Part shown: positions 40,915-53,199 of the stretch, in pieces
Layout: the number at the start of each line of letters is the position of its first letter
Numbering within the stretch: position 1 is the first letter of the stretch
Assembly (NCBI GenBank): GCA_001179505.1
Contig: CDMY01000214.1
Coordinates: forward strand, 62,001-126,000
Direction of reading: 5' to 3'
Origin: Vitrella brassicaformis CCMP3155
Taxonomy: Eukaryota; Protista; Chromerida
DNA: 64,000 nt
The notes under the pieces: generated by a model
What the model was told of the DNA's origin: nothing
The model's input: only the letters and a program-made list of their open reading frames with translations
Database searches by the model: none
Translations under genes and position numbers: made by a program

Positions 40915-41300
40915 CCCGCTTTTGCCGCCATTGCTTTTGCCGCCATTTTCTTGCCGTATCGATTGCACTTCGTGCATCCTCCACGCACTCAAGGAACTTG
41001 GCACGATTACAGCAGGCCCTCCAGAGGGCCAGTAGGTCAGAGAACTCGCTGCTGTACCTGGTCGGTCACACCACTAGCTCCAACAAGCTGCACCACACAC
41101 AGTAGAAGCGATCCAACATCATCGCAGCCCCATGGACCGACTTACTTGTCCTTGATAGCTTTCTAGCCGATCATGTCCTGCCACGTCACCCGTCTGGGCT
41201 CGTTCGCTGTCGGCTCGCTTTTGTAGTCGATAATGAGCTCGTTGATGTTGGCTATCAGCTTCTCGTCCTCATTGCCTTTGCCCGAGCGACGGAAAGGCAG
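40915..41300 (-). pseudogene. Decayed AAA+ ATPase fragment (fidgetin/spastin-like)
   Basis: EKLIANINELII...RVTWQDMIG-stop resembles the pre-Walker-A VxWxDIxGL segment. Downstream YGKKMAAKAMAAKAG resembles a decayed GxGKTMLAKAVAxEA. Multiple stops lie between them. Confidence 0.35.
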
Positions 41301-41493
41301 AGAAGGACCGGCTCCTGAGGGGTGCAAGCAGACATGGACAGAGGCGTAGTCACCCTTGAATGGCAGAATGGGAGTGTTGGATACCTTGCTTCTTGTCATT
41401 GTTGCCCTCCTGCGTCTCCGTGTTCTCGGTCTCCCTGCACGTACACACAATGGATGTTCGATTGTTCGATTGCATTTGTCGTTACTTTTGTAT

Positions 41494-41631
41494 TCATGTC
41501 GGTAATTGCAGCGTCTCGATCTGAGAGAGTGTGCGCGGCATCACCATGGTCACCATAGCAATTCGTCGGGCCTTGGCGAGCTCATGGATGTGCTTCATGT
41601 GCCTGGTGATGTTAGAGTACGTCCGTACAGA
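41494..41631 (-). pseudogene. Orphan GST-C-like exon
   Basis: SVRTYSNITRHMKHIHELAKARRIAMVTMVMP is paralogous to the exon at about 58190-58282 (SVRTYPHVIRHVQHIHKVAKARGMTMDTMAMP); both follow a gtgcag acceptor. Confidence 0.6.
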
Positions 41632-41792
41632 CTGCACGGACACAGTGCGAAGCCATCCGCATCCGTGTGTTATGTGTTCTCTATTCGATTTCCACTGCCT
41701 ACGGGAAATCGGTAATCTCACTTTGATCACGGTGGCAATGGTATGGGTAAAGAGAATCTAGGCTGCGTGAGCCAAAGCCCCGCTTTGACTTG

Positions 41793-43594
41793 TTATAAAA
41801 GCTGAACATCTGGATTGCAGAATCGCTTCCACAAATAGAGGGCCTGTTGCAAGTCCCGCCTGTCATTGTCTGTCTCTGCGTCCTCACTCCGACACTCCAG
41901 CAGCTCCACAACTTGATGGAAGCGCGTTGAAGGCGTCATATACTCGAAAGAAGCCGCCAGCCCATCGTGAGACAGAACATGAGAGCATCTCAGCTTCCGA
42001 AAGGCCATCTTGGCAGCCTCTCCTCGCTGGCGAGCCCCATTGATCCTCACAGCCGCAGCCGCCTCTGTCTCACCTTCAAAAGCCATTGACTGGTCACGCG
42101 TCACGATCGCTTGGATGAAGACATCTTTGATAATGAGCAATTCTCCTTGGTTGTGCCTTGTGAGATTGCGGGCAAACCACCCGTCTCCATTGGGATGTCC
42201 CATCTTCTTCACGTCTTCCGCCATCGATGGCAAGCCAGAGGTCAGCAGAAACAGCGCCAAAATCGCCGCCTGCTCCACATCACTGGTGAGAAGGGCGCGT
42301 ATTTGTTCGCGAGAGACCTTCAGCCTGGGGATGCAGAAGGGAGGCCCGGTGTCTCTTGTGGTGGTCTCGAAGAAGAGGTCTACTGCCTGAGACGAGAGTC
42401 TGCCTAGCGTGTGGATGAAAAGGGGAGAGGCAAAAGGAGGGGGGCTGAACTGCCACACTTGCCTTAACGAAGCCGCTGTTATTCCACATATAGCTATGCT
42501 AATGCTTGCAATATCCATAGCCATCTGGAAGTCGATGATGTACAGCTGAAATGTGCCCTTCTCACCAGCCGCTGCTCCCGCTCGCCACGCAACGCAGACG
42601 TTGAAAGGTGATAAGTCCAGATGCATTATGCCCCACTCATTGAGCTTGGCCGCCGAGGAAGTGAGATGAGAGGCGAGACGACGCCATGCCCCGCGTGGAA
42701 TGCAGCTGAAAGGCCGATTATCAGCAGCACCATCACCACCACCACCACCAGCAGCGACAGCAGCTGGCTGGCCGCTTGTGTCGTGGTTGGCCTGGGCAGC
42801 ACACGCCTCAATGCGCGTCGCTTCGGCTTCAGATGATAGAAAGCCTGAGGCACGACAGCGAACGCCAATAAGGTCAGCTAGATTGGCACACACAAAATCG
42901 CCACCCACATCGCCGAAAGTGCCTGAACCAAAGACAGATAGAGACTCAGACAGGCAGATGGAGGGCTCAGGCCAGTCTTCTTACGTATCTCAGCAGAGAG
43001 AATGAACGGCCCCTCGAAGCCCAGCCACACGTCGTTGAACCGAAGCTGAAACCCGCACGGCAGCTCATCCGATAGCAACAGCGGCGGAACAATGAACTCT
43101 GACGGCTCAAGACCAGCCGCCACCTGCTTGCGATGCAGATACTCATGTACCTGAGCCTCCCACCTCAGCGTCCACCGATGTTGGCGATAGTCATTTTCAT
43201 CGAGCGGCTCCGTGTTTTGACCAAGAGGCATGGTGGGTGGTGTCGCCATCTTGAGCACGGCCCGCTCGCGTATTGTCTGCGGCTCTCCACCGTCCGTGGC
43301 TGTCGTCGTGGAGTGCAACCATCCTCTCAGTTTGGTGAAGAGCCGACTGATGCCCAGCGGCCGGGCGTCGGGTCTGAAGATGCTGTTGCGGCCTGGCTCG
43401 AGCACAACGTTGCCGTCGTTGTCCAGCCGAAAGGGCGCCGGCGCCTCCGGCTCGTTGGTTGATCTGCGGCGCCCCGAGTCAAGAATGTGGTCAAGCAGCA
43501 CAGGCACTGACGGAGGACTGGGGGTGTCGGCGGGCTCTGGGGACGGAAGAGCAGCTTCACTTTTTCGCCTGGGAGGCGGCGGGCTCATCATCAT
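41793..43594 (-). CDS. Divergent protein-kinase-like protein
   Basis: Two exons (intron 42923-42984) join in frame. Motifs AVLKMA (beta3 Lys), GIMHLDLSPFNV (catalytic loop) and LYIIDFQ (DFG-like). Confidence 0.7.
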
Positions 43595-44779
43595 TATCTC
43601 TTGTTCTCGCCCCAGTCGCCCCCTGGGTGCGAGCCATGGGGTGCGAGCTTAAGCGAAGCGCCCCCCTCCTTTCTTTCCTCGATGCCGTCGACAGATATCT
43701 GACTCATCTCAGGTACTGTCCTGAGCCTGATCTCGCCAACAGTCGACGAGATCGAGTGAGATCAGCATGTGCCGTACGCGAGTCAAGTGATTGAGCAGCT
43801 TCACCGGTCCAGCGCGTCAAGTTCATTCGGTCAGTGGTCATTCTACACACACCCGGAACAGAAGGAAGGGGATGGATGATTGACGTCTTCGTTCGTGTGT
43901 TTGCATACACACAGCGCTCTTCTGGTGGGTTCGTGTTGGAGCACGGCATGTGGCATGTCGTGTATTTGTCGGAGGCTGCGCGTGCGTGCGTCGCAGATAG
44001 ATGGATAGATAGCCTGTATCACGTATCATCCGTACGTGTTGGTCCGCTTTTGTGCCGGGGTGTTTTTCTGTGTGCGAATGGTGACGCATGGTGGTCTCTC
44101 TGACACCAACGGCGGGAAGAAAACATAGCAGCGATGTCCATGCATGCAGAGCAGATGCGGACAGCGAGTGGTGTCTGTCTGTCAGCTGCCAGCTGCCTCT
44201 CGCCGTCTGTCTGTCAGCCGATGAGAGACTGATGGCCGAGGGAGGGAGGAAGGGAGATCTGTCTTCTGTTTGTGCGTGAGAGTAGCTTTGTGGATGTGCG
44301 TGTGGGGGGGCTGTTTTCGTCGAGTGGGTCAGCATCAGTCGTCCACCATGATCCATGGAAGATGTGACCGACACGTGGAATGACTGATTCGATTAGTACA
44401 ATGAATGTCGTTGTGCAATTTCACCACCTGACACCAATTCCGTCGGCCATCGTTAACCTGTACGCACGCACTTTCCTGGTCTCGGTTGCGTCTCTGTTGC
44501 GCCCATGCATTTATGTTACGTGCGTCTTCAAAGCTCTCCATGCTATGGCCAGGCCAAAATCGATGTGTGTGAGGAAAAAGAACCCAGGGACGAGGTTCCC
44601 TGCCCCCCCCACTCCCCCCTCCGTCAGTGTCGCTGGCTTCCCTGCCTGGCAGAGACGTAGCCGGCCCACCCACCACCCACCATGAATCTCTCTTTCTCCC
44701 TCTGTGTGGGTGGGGATGGATGGTGTGTGCGTGCGGTATAGTCACACTTATCGCATGCATGCATTCATGTACACATGTA

Positions 44780-45400
44780 TAGTGCACACAGGCAGACATA
44801 CACAACTAAAAACAGCCAGCCAGCAGCCAATCGAGCTATCAAGTTATCGCACGTACAACCGATGTCATACCAATCAGCCTTTTCAATCAATCCGCTATCA
44901 ATCAGTCCGGCCCGCCCCTTGTGCACACACACAGACAGCGGCTACGCCAAAGAGCAAAGGTGGGCAGGTAGGAGCTCTCTGCCGGGTGAGCAAAAGGACT
45001 CAAGTCATCCATCGATCCATTGATTCATCATCGCCACTTATCCACACACCCATCCCTCAATTTCCCACCCTCCATCCCTTGCCCCCACCGTTCGGCTCGC
45101 TCACTGGCGCGGAGATTGTAGGTAGTGTGAATGTGCACACAGGCAGACATACACAGGCAGCAGCCAATCGAGCTATCGTACGTACAACCGATGTCATACG
45201 ACCCTCGCCATGTCATGCAATCCAATACAACCACGCTCCATATGCACTTGCTCACACAGCCATCAATCAGTCCGGTCCGCCCCCTCTCTCGCTCTGTGTG
45301 CAAACGTACAGACAGCTGCCACGCCAAAAATCAAAGGCGGGTGGGCAAGTGCTCTCTGTGTGTGTGTACGTGTGGCCCCTTCCTATGCACACGACAGACA
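44780..45400. repeat. Diverged ~350-bp tandem duplication in non-coding DNA
   Basis: gtgcacacaggcagacatacaca...cagcagccaatcgagctatc...gtacaaccgatgtcata occurs at about 44782 and about 45132. Confidence 0.6.
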
Positions 45401-46978
45401 GACAATGTATAGCACATTATGTATGTATGTATGTGTGTATGTCTGTATGCATGTACACTAGCAGCATCCACAACGCAAATATGTCGGCCGTCCAGCGGTT
45501 GCTCATCGACCGAGGCAGGCAGGCGGTCAGACAGACAGACAGACAGTCAGAGAAGACCTATCCGACTGCGCCCATTGCCTGCCGTCCACCCATTACCTTA
45601 CAGTCAACCATTGGAGGAGATGTGTGACTGCTAGGGGTAACAAGACGAGAAACTGCATGGATGGGATGGGCCAAAAAAATCCGTGGTGGACTGCTGTGGG
45701 TGTGGTGTGTGTGATCGACTGACGTACGTACGTACAGACATGAGTGAGTGTACATATGCACACATGCACATATATACATATAATACACACACACACATGG
45801 ATGCATATACATGTGTAGAATGCGGTCTCACCTTAGTGTATATGTGCTTCAAAGCTCTGGCTGCGCCGCGGCCGTCACCGTCGACAGACGCGGCGCCGGT
45901 GTGTGTGTATCGCACCATCGAGTCGACCATGACGACTGCAAGCGTCAGACACAACGCAGACAGCGGGAAAAAACCGCCCACCCACTGGCACTTACTGGCA
46001 CGGATTCCACCCACCCATCCTTCACATCAGTGTTGCAGTACCATCCATCCATCCATGAATCGGTCGCAGCCAGCCATCCAGCCACGCACGCAGGCCATCC
46101 ATCCAGCCAGCCAGCCATCAGCACGTTACCGACGTCCATAGGCAGGGCAGCTAAATGCTGCTCTCTGACTGCTCGCTTAGGGTATGTGTGTGTATGTGTG
46201 TGTGTGTGTGTGGTGCACTCGTTGGTTTGTTGGCCAACGAGGAGCAGTCAGTCGTCTCTAATACGTCCCGCCTCGCTGCTATCAGGAAATCCATCCATCG
46301 TTGGTACTGAGCGGCCAGTCAGTCAGTCGCCTCACGAGTACGCCGCTCTGGCTGGCTGCTCTGGCTGCTACGCGTGTACGATCCAGCGAGGTCGGACTGT
46401 CGGCACAGTGCTGGGCTGGTGTGTGTCTGTCTGTCTGTCTGTCTGCCTCTCTTTCTGTTCCCTTCCCGCACCCGTACTTACTTATTCACACACGCATGTA
46501 CACGTCTGGACACCCACGCCCATCAACTCACAACACAAAAAGGCCGGCCACCCACGAGCAACCAACGAGGAGGGCGGGCAGCATCCCACGCCATATTGCA
46601 TCCCACTTAACGTGCACAAACAAAGCGACGTGCACCCATCCACTCACTCTCACTCACTCACACGCCATCCATCCGGCCATCCATTCATCCATTCCCTCTC
46701 CCATCTGTCTGTCTGTGTGTCTGTGTGTCTGTGCACCCATCATTGAGCCAGCCAGCCACCTACGTACTTGGATGCATGCCCATCCCTCTCCCCCTCTCCT
46801 TTTCCCCACCCCCGCCATTTATCACACATACATTCACACAGGCAGTGATCGACAACAGAAAAACAGCCAGCGGTCAAGCAAGGGGCCATCCATCCATTTA
46901 TCCATCCATCCATCCATTCAACACCACCGGCTCATCCCCCATGCACCCCTCCCGCCTTGACCTACCGATTCCTCTCAC

Positions 46979-49875
46979 TCACTTGCGCGGCGGGGGGAAC
47001 GGGACAAACGCCTGGCGGGTGACGGAGCCGACGCCCACGGGTGCACGGGGCATGATGGTCATGCCGGCCGGGCTGCCGGGGGGCCAGGGCATCGAGGGTG
47101 CCTGCATGGGTGGGCTGCCGGGTGGCCAGGGTGCCGGGGCGACTGGATGCATGTTGAAACGGTGGGCAGCAGGGAACCGCGCCGGTGCGGGTGGAACGTA
47201 GCTGAAGCCGCCGAAGAAACCCCCTACTGATGGACACATATATCATGACATCACACATGCCTGGGTGTAATGTGTCTTACTGCTTACCATTGGTCTGCGC
47301 CATAGGGTGTTGGATGACCGGAGGGCTGGGTGCCGCCACCTGCCAGCCGCCCGTCTTGGTGGCGACCTGCGGCTTGGGCAGCGTAACCAAACGCGGCGCG
47401 TTGGTGGCGACCTGCGGCTGGGGCGGCGTAGCCAAAGGCGGCGCGTGGCTGGGCGGGGCGTTGGCCGGGGCCACCGGCAGTACCTGAGTGAGCCACATAG
47501 AGGGATGGCAGAGGGGTGTGTGTGTGGGGGGGTGTTGCGACCGACCTTCTTGTCGTCTCCTGCCGTCTCGGCCGACTCAGGAACCTGCTTAAGACACACA
47601 AGAGAGTGGAAAGGAACCACAGAGAGCCAGAGAGGTGGATTGTGCGTGCCGTGTGCGGGGTGGTGTGGGCTTCGAAGGCATCACCTGCGCAGTCTTGTCC
47701 TTCTTGTCCTGCTGCTGCTGCTGCTGCTGGTGCTGGTGCTGGCGGTGAAGGAGTACGACGGTCTGCATGCAAAAATAATACATACATGACGCACACCACC
47801 AGTGTGTAATCACACAAGCTTGTGTGCGTGCGTATGCAGGGAGGGAGGGGGGCAGGGAGGTGCGTGCCTGGGTGAGGGTGTCGACTTTGGTGGCGAGTTG
47901 CTCGATTGTGGCGCTCATCGCCTTGTTCGACTCCACAAGCTCCTGCAGGAGTCAGTGGACAAGAGAGAGGGAACCGAACACATTGCCGCTGTGTGTGCGT
48001 GTACGTATGTGTGAATGTGTGTTTTGGTGGGTGCTCCGTAGGTGCGTCATGCTGACCCACCTTCTTGTCGTCAACCCCCTCCGCCACGGTATCAGCAACC
48101 TGAATACCACGGCGGAGTTGTGCGCCGTGTCCTGGTGTGTGTGTGTGTGTGTGTGGCATGCTGACTGCATCGAGTTTTTTGCTGATCGTCTCGAGCCCGC
48201 CGCACAGCGTGAGGTTGTCCTCGCGCAGCTCCTGAATGAAGGCACAGCGTCTTCGAATGAGTGTATGTGTGCTGTGGTTGAGCTTACCTTCACCTCGTTC
48301 AGGGTCTTGAAGACCAGACTGTGCAGGAACTGAGTGTGTCATGACACCAATACACGTAAGACCCAGACAGATGGACTGGACGTGTATGTCACTACCTCGA
48401 GCTGCGTGTAGAAGTCCGAGGCCGCCGGCAGGTCTTCGTCGAGCTCGGTCGTGCTCTGCATCTGTTTCAATGGCCACCGAACAGACACAGAAAATGGGCA
48501 CATGCACATACCCACCATTAAGCTATGTAAGTACCTCGAAGATCCTCTGCTGTGAGGGCTGCATTGGCAGAGATACATCCATGCATCCAGCTGCCAGTGG
48601 GTGTATGTGCATGTGACTTACGAAGACCATCAGGTGCATTGACTGCAGCAGGGACGTCGACTGCGACTGATTCGACAAGCGAACAGACACAACGAGATTC
48701 CATATCCGTTTTGCCATCGATCGCAATTTCCGCCGTGTATACGCACCTGAAACACTGGCTGCGAGATGAGAGGCCAGGTGGATAAACAGACACCATGACA
48801 GTGGGTGCGTGGACGTCGCAGCCGAGACATACACACACACACACACACACACACAACAAAGCAATGCAATGCAATGCAGGAGGGAGGGAGGGACTGAGTA
48901 CGTACTGAGTGGTCCGCAGGTTCAGCAGCGGCAGCAGCAGCTGAGTCGACGCCATGGCTAATCTGGTTTGACGCATGGACGGGCGGCAGGAACCGGCGGA
49001 GACAGGGTGTCTGTGGGCAGATGCCTGGCTGGCTGTCTGTCGATGTGTCTGTGCTCACCTTGGCCTTGTTGTCGTCATTCGCCGGCTCAGGCGTACACTG
49101 AAGGAGTGGTTATCAGTTAATGGACACACAGACACAGAGATGCATACATGCATTAATGTGTCAGGCACGCCAGGCCACCTACCTTGTCGCTGTCGCCGCT
49201 TGCTGCTGCCGCCGCAGCTGCAGCTGGGCATGTCTCGTCGGCGTCGGCAACCTGACAGGCAGCAACCACAACGGACGACAGACAGACACCATGGAAGAGC
49301 AACAGACAAGTGCTGCACATCTGCCTGCCTGTCTGTCTGTATGTCCGCCCAGTATGCACATAGATAGATACTTGAGGTCACACACGCCGCCACCCAACCT
49401 ACCTACCTACCTACCTCCTTGCTGTCGTCTTCTTGGCCGGCAGTGGCAGCAGCAGCAGCAGCCGCGGGCGATGAGGGCGTGTCCGGGTGGGCCTTGTGCT
49501 GCTCGTTCTTCTTCTTCTTCTTCTTCTTCTTCTTGTGGCGCCCCTGAACCACCAAACGAGAGAGAGAGGGAGGGAGGGAGGGAGGGTTGTGTGGAACGAA
49601 ATGAATCAATGCTCAAGAGATATTCTTCCACTGACTGACTGACTGACTCACTGACTGACTGACTCACTGACTGACTGACCTTCTTGCCGCTGCCGCCATC
49701 GCCCTCACCGTCCCCCTGAGCAGACGACTGACGCAAACACACAGAAGATCGATACATATGGCACCCATCCATCCATCAGATCAGCGTGCAGCCGTCCGTG
49801 TGCTCACTCACCGGCTCCTGCTGTGCTGCTGGCGAAGAAGCGCCTCGTGGGCCTCGACCTGAGTGTGGCCATCAT
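46979..49875 (-). CDS. Multi-exon low-complexity protein (Lys-rich, coiled coil, Pro-rich tail); either a separate gene or the tail of the FEN1 fusion
   Basis: Many short, mostly phase-0 exons (GRHKKKKKKKK; MQSTTELDEDLPAASDFYTQLE; ELVESNKAMSATIEQLATKVDTLTQ; final ...VPFPPPRK-stop). Possible own start MMATLRSRPTRRFFASS at 49875. The exons around 48.5-48.9 kb were not resolved. Confidence 0.55.
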
Positions 49876-49924
49876 GGTGTATGTATATCCGTGTGTGTAT
49901 CTGTGTGTGTATCTGTGTGTGTAC

Positions 49925-51974
49925 CTAATCGGTGCCTTTGTGTGGGAGGGGCTGAGAGAAACGTACAAGCGGTTCATACGGCTCGTGTCCGTGTTAGCCC
50001 TTCTTCTCACTTGTGTGTTCTTTGTGACGTAGGCACCGACTGCAAGCACGGCGTCCTGGGTGCCCGACACGAAGAACTTGACAATGTCCCCATGCACCTG
50101 CTTGCCCCAGACGTGGACTCTGCAAACGATGACAAGGAAACGACATGTGGATGTCTCCTCTCCTTCCTGGTCTTGTGTCCATCTGTCTGCCAAATCACTC
50201 ACTGAAAGGGGCCGAAGTCCAGCTTGTCGAACTCAGCGAAGCTTACCTCCATCTTCATCATCGCCCTGCCGTAGTTATCCCAGTCTCTGGGGATCTGCAT
50301 AAGCCAGCACGGACATCCGTTCTGTGCGCTCCTCCCCGCCCCCCTCACACACTTGTACACTGGCCGTCCGCTGGTGTGTGGGTGTCGGCTGGAGGACCTG
50401 CATTACACCCACACACACACACACACACTCCCACACATGCAGCTGCCGCAGTGTGCGTGTCAGTGTGGATGGGTGTCCTGACCTCCACTGCTTGAAGGTT
50501 CTCGAGGCGCATCTGGCCCGACTTGCTCTCGGCCTTCTTGAGCCTGCGTCAGGAACAAACACACACACACAGAGGGGCGTGTGTGAGCGGCACATGTGTG
50601 TGTGCGTGTGTGGTGTGTGTGTGTGGCGGACTCACCGCTGAATGATGTTGTCTACTCGATCAGCGTTGAAAGTGTGGGTCTCCACGAGCCAGGACTTGAG
50701 CTCCTCGTAGTGCGGGCCCGCCCACTTGAACTCCAACTCGCCACCCTCAGCAACCTGCATAACACACACACACACACAGGTGACCGTGTGTGTGGCTGAG
50801 CTGCAGGCCAGGCGTATGTACTTGGGGATCCTTGAACATGTTTCTGGCCTCCTCGAAGGGGAAGTTGTCCGGCAGCACGAACTTGTCGCCCTTCTCCTTG
50901 ATCATGTGCTGGATGATGTTCTCGATGGAGTGGTGCTGCTGCACCAGCTTGTGGGCCGTGACGGGCCCGATGCCCTTGATGGAGTCGCAGTAGTCGCAGC
51001 CGCACAGGATGCAGAAGTCGATGAACTCGTCCATGGTCAGCTTCAGGTCCTCCAACACCGTCTCGAGCGTCAACACGTGCACCTTGTTGCCGGGGTCCTC
51101 CTGCTCCGAGAAATTCAGGTGCCGAATCACCGTCGGCGACCTGCACTCGACCAACACAGCACACGCACACACACACATAATCCCCCCTCCCTCCTCCCTC
51201 CCTCCCTCCTCCCTCTGTGTGTGTGTGGCCATCTCAAACACCCATCCAGCCCACCCGAATGTGAGTGCGCTAGCGTCGTCAGTGGCGGTGGCGTAGACCT
51301 TGCCCTTGGCCGCGAGTTTGGCGCACTGTGCCTCGGCCTCGCACGGCGCCTCTACGACGGGTATGCCCAGGAGCTTGAGCAGGTGTTTGACTTCGTCGTT
51401 GTGCTGCTTGGTGATCTTGACGGTGCGGCCGATGAACTTCTTGACCTCCTTGTCGCCCGCCTCCTTGGCGGCCTCGAGGTCCTCCTCGGCCTTGGTCCGC
51501 TTGTCCGAACGCATCAGCAGCTCGCCGCTCTTCAGGCGGGGGGGCGCGCCGTCAAACACGTACACGGGCGTGATGCCAGCCTCTGACACACACACAGACA
51601 CACACACACGCACACACACAGAGAGAGAGAGAGAGGGATGCACAGCGCACACCCCAACACACTCAGATGATTGAGATGCCGTGGCGTGTGCCAGTGTGGG
51701 TGTTTTGCGGGTCTTTACCGAGGAGCTTGACGACTCTGTCGAGCATGCCCGTGATGTACGAGGTAGTCTCTCCGCTCTCGTTGGTGAGGTTGGCGGACGA
51801 GAAGTTGGGGTCGTTGCCGCTGCTGCCGTCGCGGACGGCTATCATGAGCTGGTACAGCGACATGGATGCGTCGATGGCTAGCTTCTGACCCATCAGAAAG
51901 TCGTACTTCTCGTGGTCCTTCAGGCTGCGGGGCGCCTGGTCGCTGATGAACTTGATCAGCCCCTTGATCCCCAT
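49925..51974 (-). CDS. FEN1: FEN1 paralog with an altered active site, no PIP box and a novel fused C-terminal domain
   Basis: [65 protein letters not shown] and FKW.GP...RV..IIQRL are unmistakably FEN1. It reads [11 protein letters not shown] instead of xEDxDxLxFG and QMRLENLQ instead of QxRLxxFF, then continues in frame. Confidence 0.88.
49948..50521. repeat. Segmental duplication, copy 1 (copy 2 at 61498-62406)
   Basis: Exons and introns align directly; the offset at the left end is 11550. Confidence 0.92.
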
Positions 51975-53199
51975 CGCTCGCGAGGGATGGCTGGCTGGCT
52001 GGCTGGATGGATGGAGGCGCAAGGCAATATGCGATCTGCTGCGGCGGCCACAGCGGACTCCAACCGAGCACCCTGTCTGGGGGCAAGGGTGTCGTCTGCC
52101 TCTTGGGAGGGAGGAAGAGTCTAAGATGGAGAAGTGAACCAAACAAAACGATTAACCGATGCTTGAGAACCGATGCTTGAGAGGACGCGCCAGAGCTCGT
52201 CCAGCCTCAGCAGCAGCGGTTTCACGGAGCACCCTAGGCGGCGTACACCTCCCTTTGGATCCCCCTTTCCGCGTAGTGGCTGGCCAGTACGAGCGAAGTG
52301 GACCGCAAAATGCGCTTCCCCCACTACTGTCGGCTTCTCGTGAGTTTGGGGGTGGTCAGGCACGTGTCAACGACGCCTGCTACACTTGTTCTACGTCACT
52401 GACTCATCCATCGTGTTGTGCTCGCAGGTGAGCCGACGAGTGAAGTTGAGTTATGTGCTGCACCTATTGCACTGGGCTCGGTGGCACCGCAACGGCATGT
52501 ACCGTCGTTCCGTGCCAGCGTGCCCAGTCAACGATCTCGAGAAGCTGCATTTTGCAGTGCAGAAAAGACGGGATAATCTGTGGGTTCTGGAACGTCACGT
52601 CGTAGTACGAAACGGTCAGTGAGTGCAGGCGGCTCAGCAGCTGCTCAGTGAGCCAAGACATGCAAGAATTGATGGCGAGATGCACCATGGATTTTCTCGC
52701 CCCACATCCATTCCCATGGAAGAGGACACAGCTTTCCGAGAGAGCATCGTCAACCACTGGAGCCAGCTCCTGTCCGTCGAGCTGATGAAGCACAACGCGT
52801 TCCAAGTGGCGAGTCGCGCGCAGCGCGCGGCGGCCGCTAGAGGGCCACGGACGTTGTCCATTGTTTCTCCATGTATTGTTTCCCTTCGCTTGCTTGATAC
52901 GAACTCATGCATCTGCTAAATCCACCTGGCGAGATGCATCCGTGCCGCTGGCCAAGCCTTTCTGTTGCCATGGGGGGCTGAAGGTTGGAGTGGATCAGAG
53001 TGTGTGTGGATGGATGTCACCATGGGCTGAGCCATTTATGTATATGGAACAATCGAGACTTCAGAATTGCTCTGCTTGCTCTGGACGATTGAAGAGACTT
53101 GCAATGGCGGACAGCCTCGAATTGGTCAAGCCATTGCAATGCACGAGTTGAATAAAATGTACGCAGCCTCTGCTTTGTCGGGTCAGTGACTCTCTTCCT

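Noticed and set aside
52386-52920. Plus-strand gene divergent from FEN1
   Set aside because: Two short coding-looking ORFs, but no recognisable domain and no convincing in-frame splice model.
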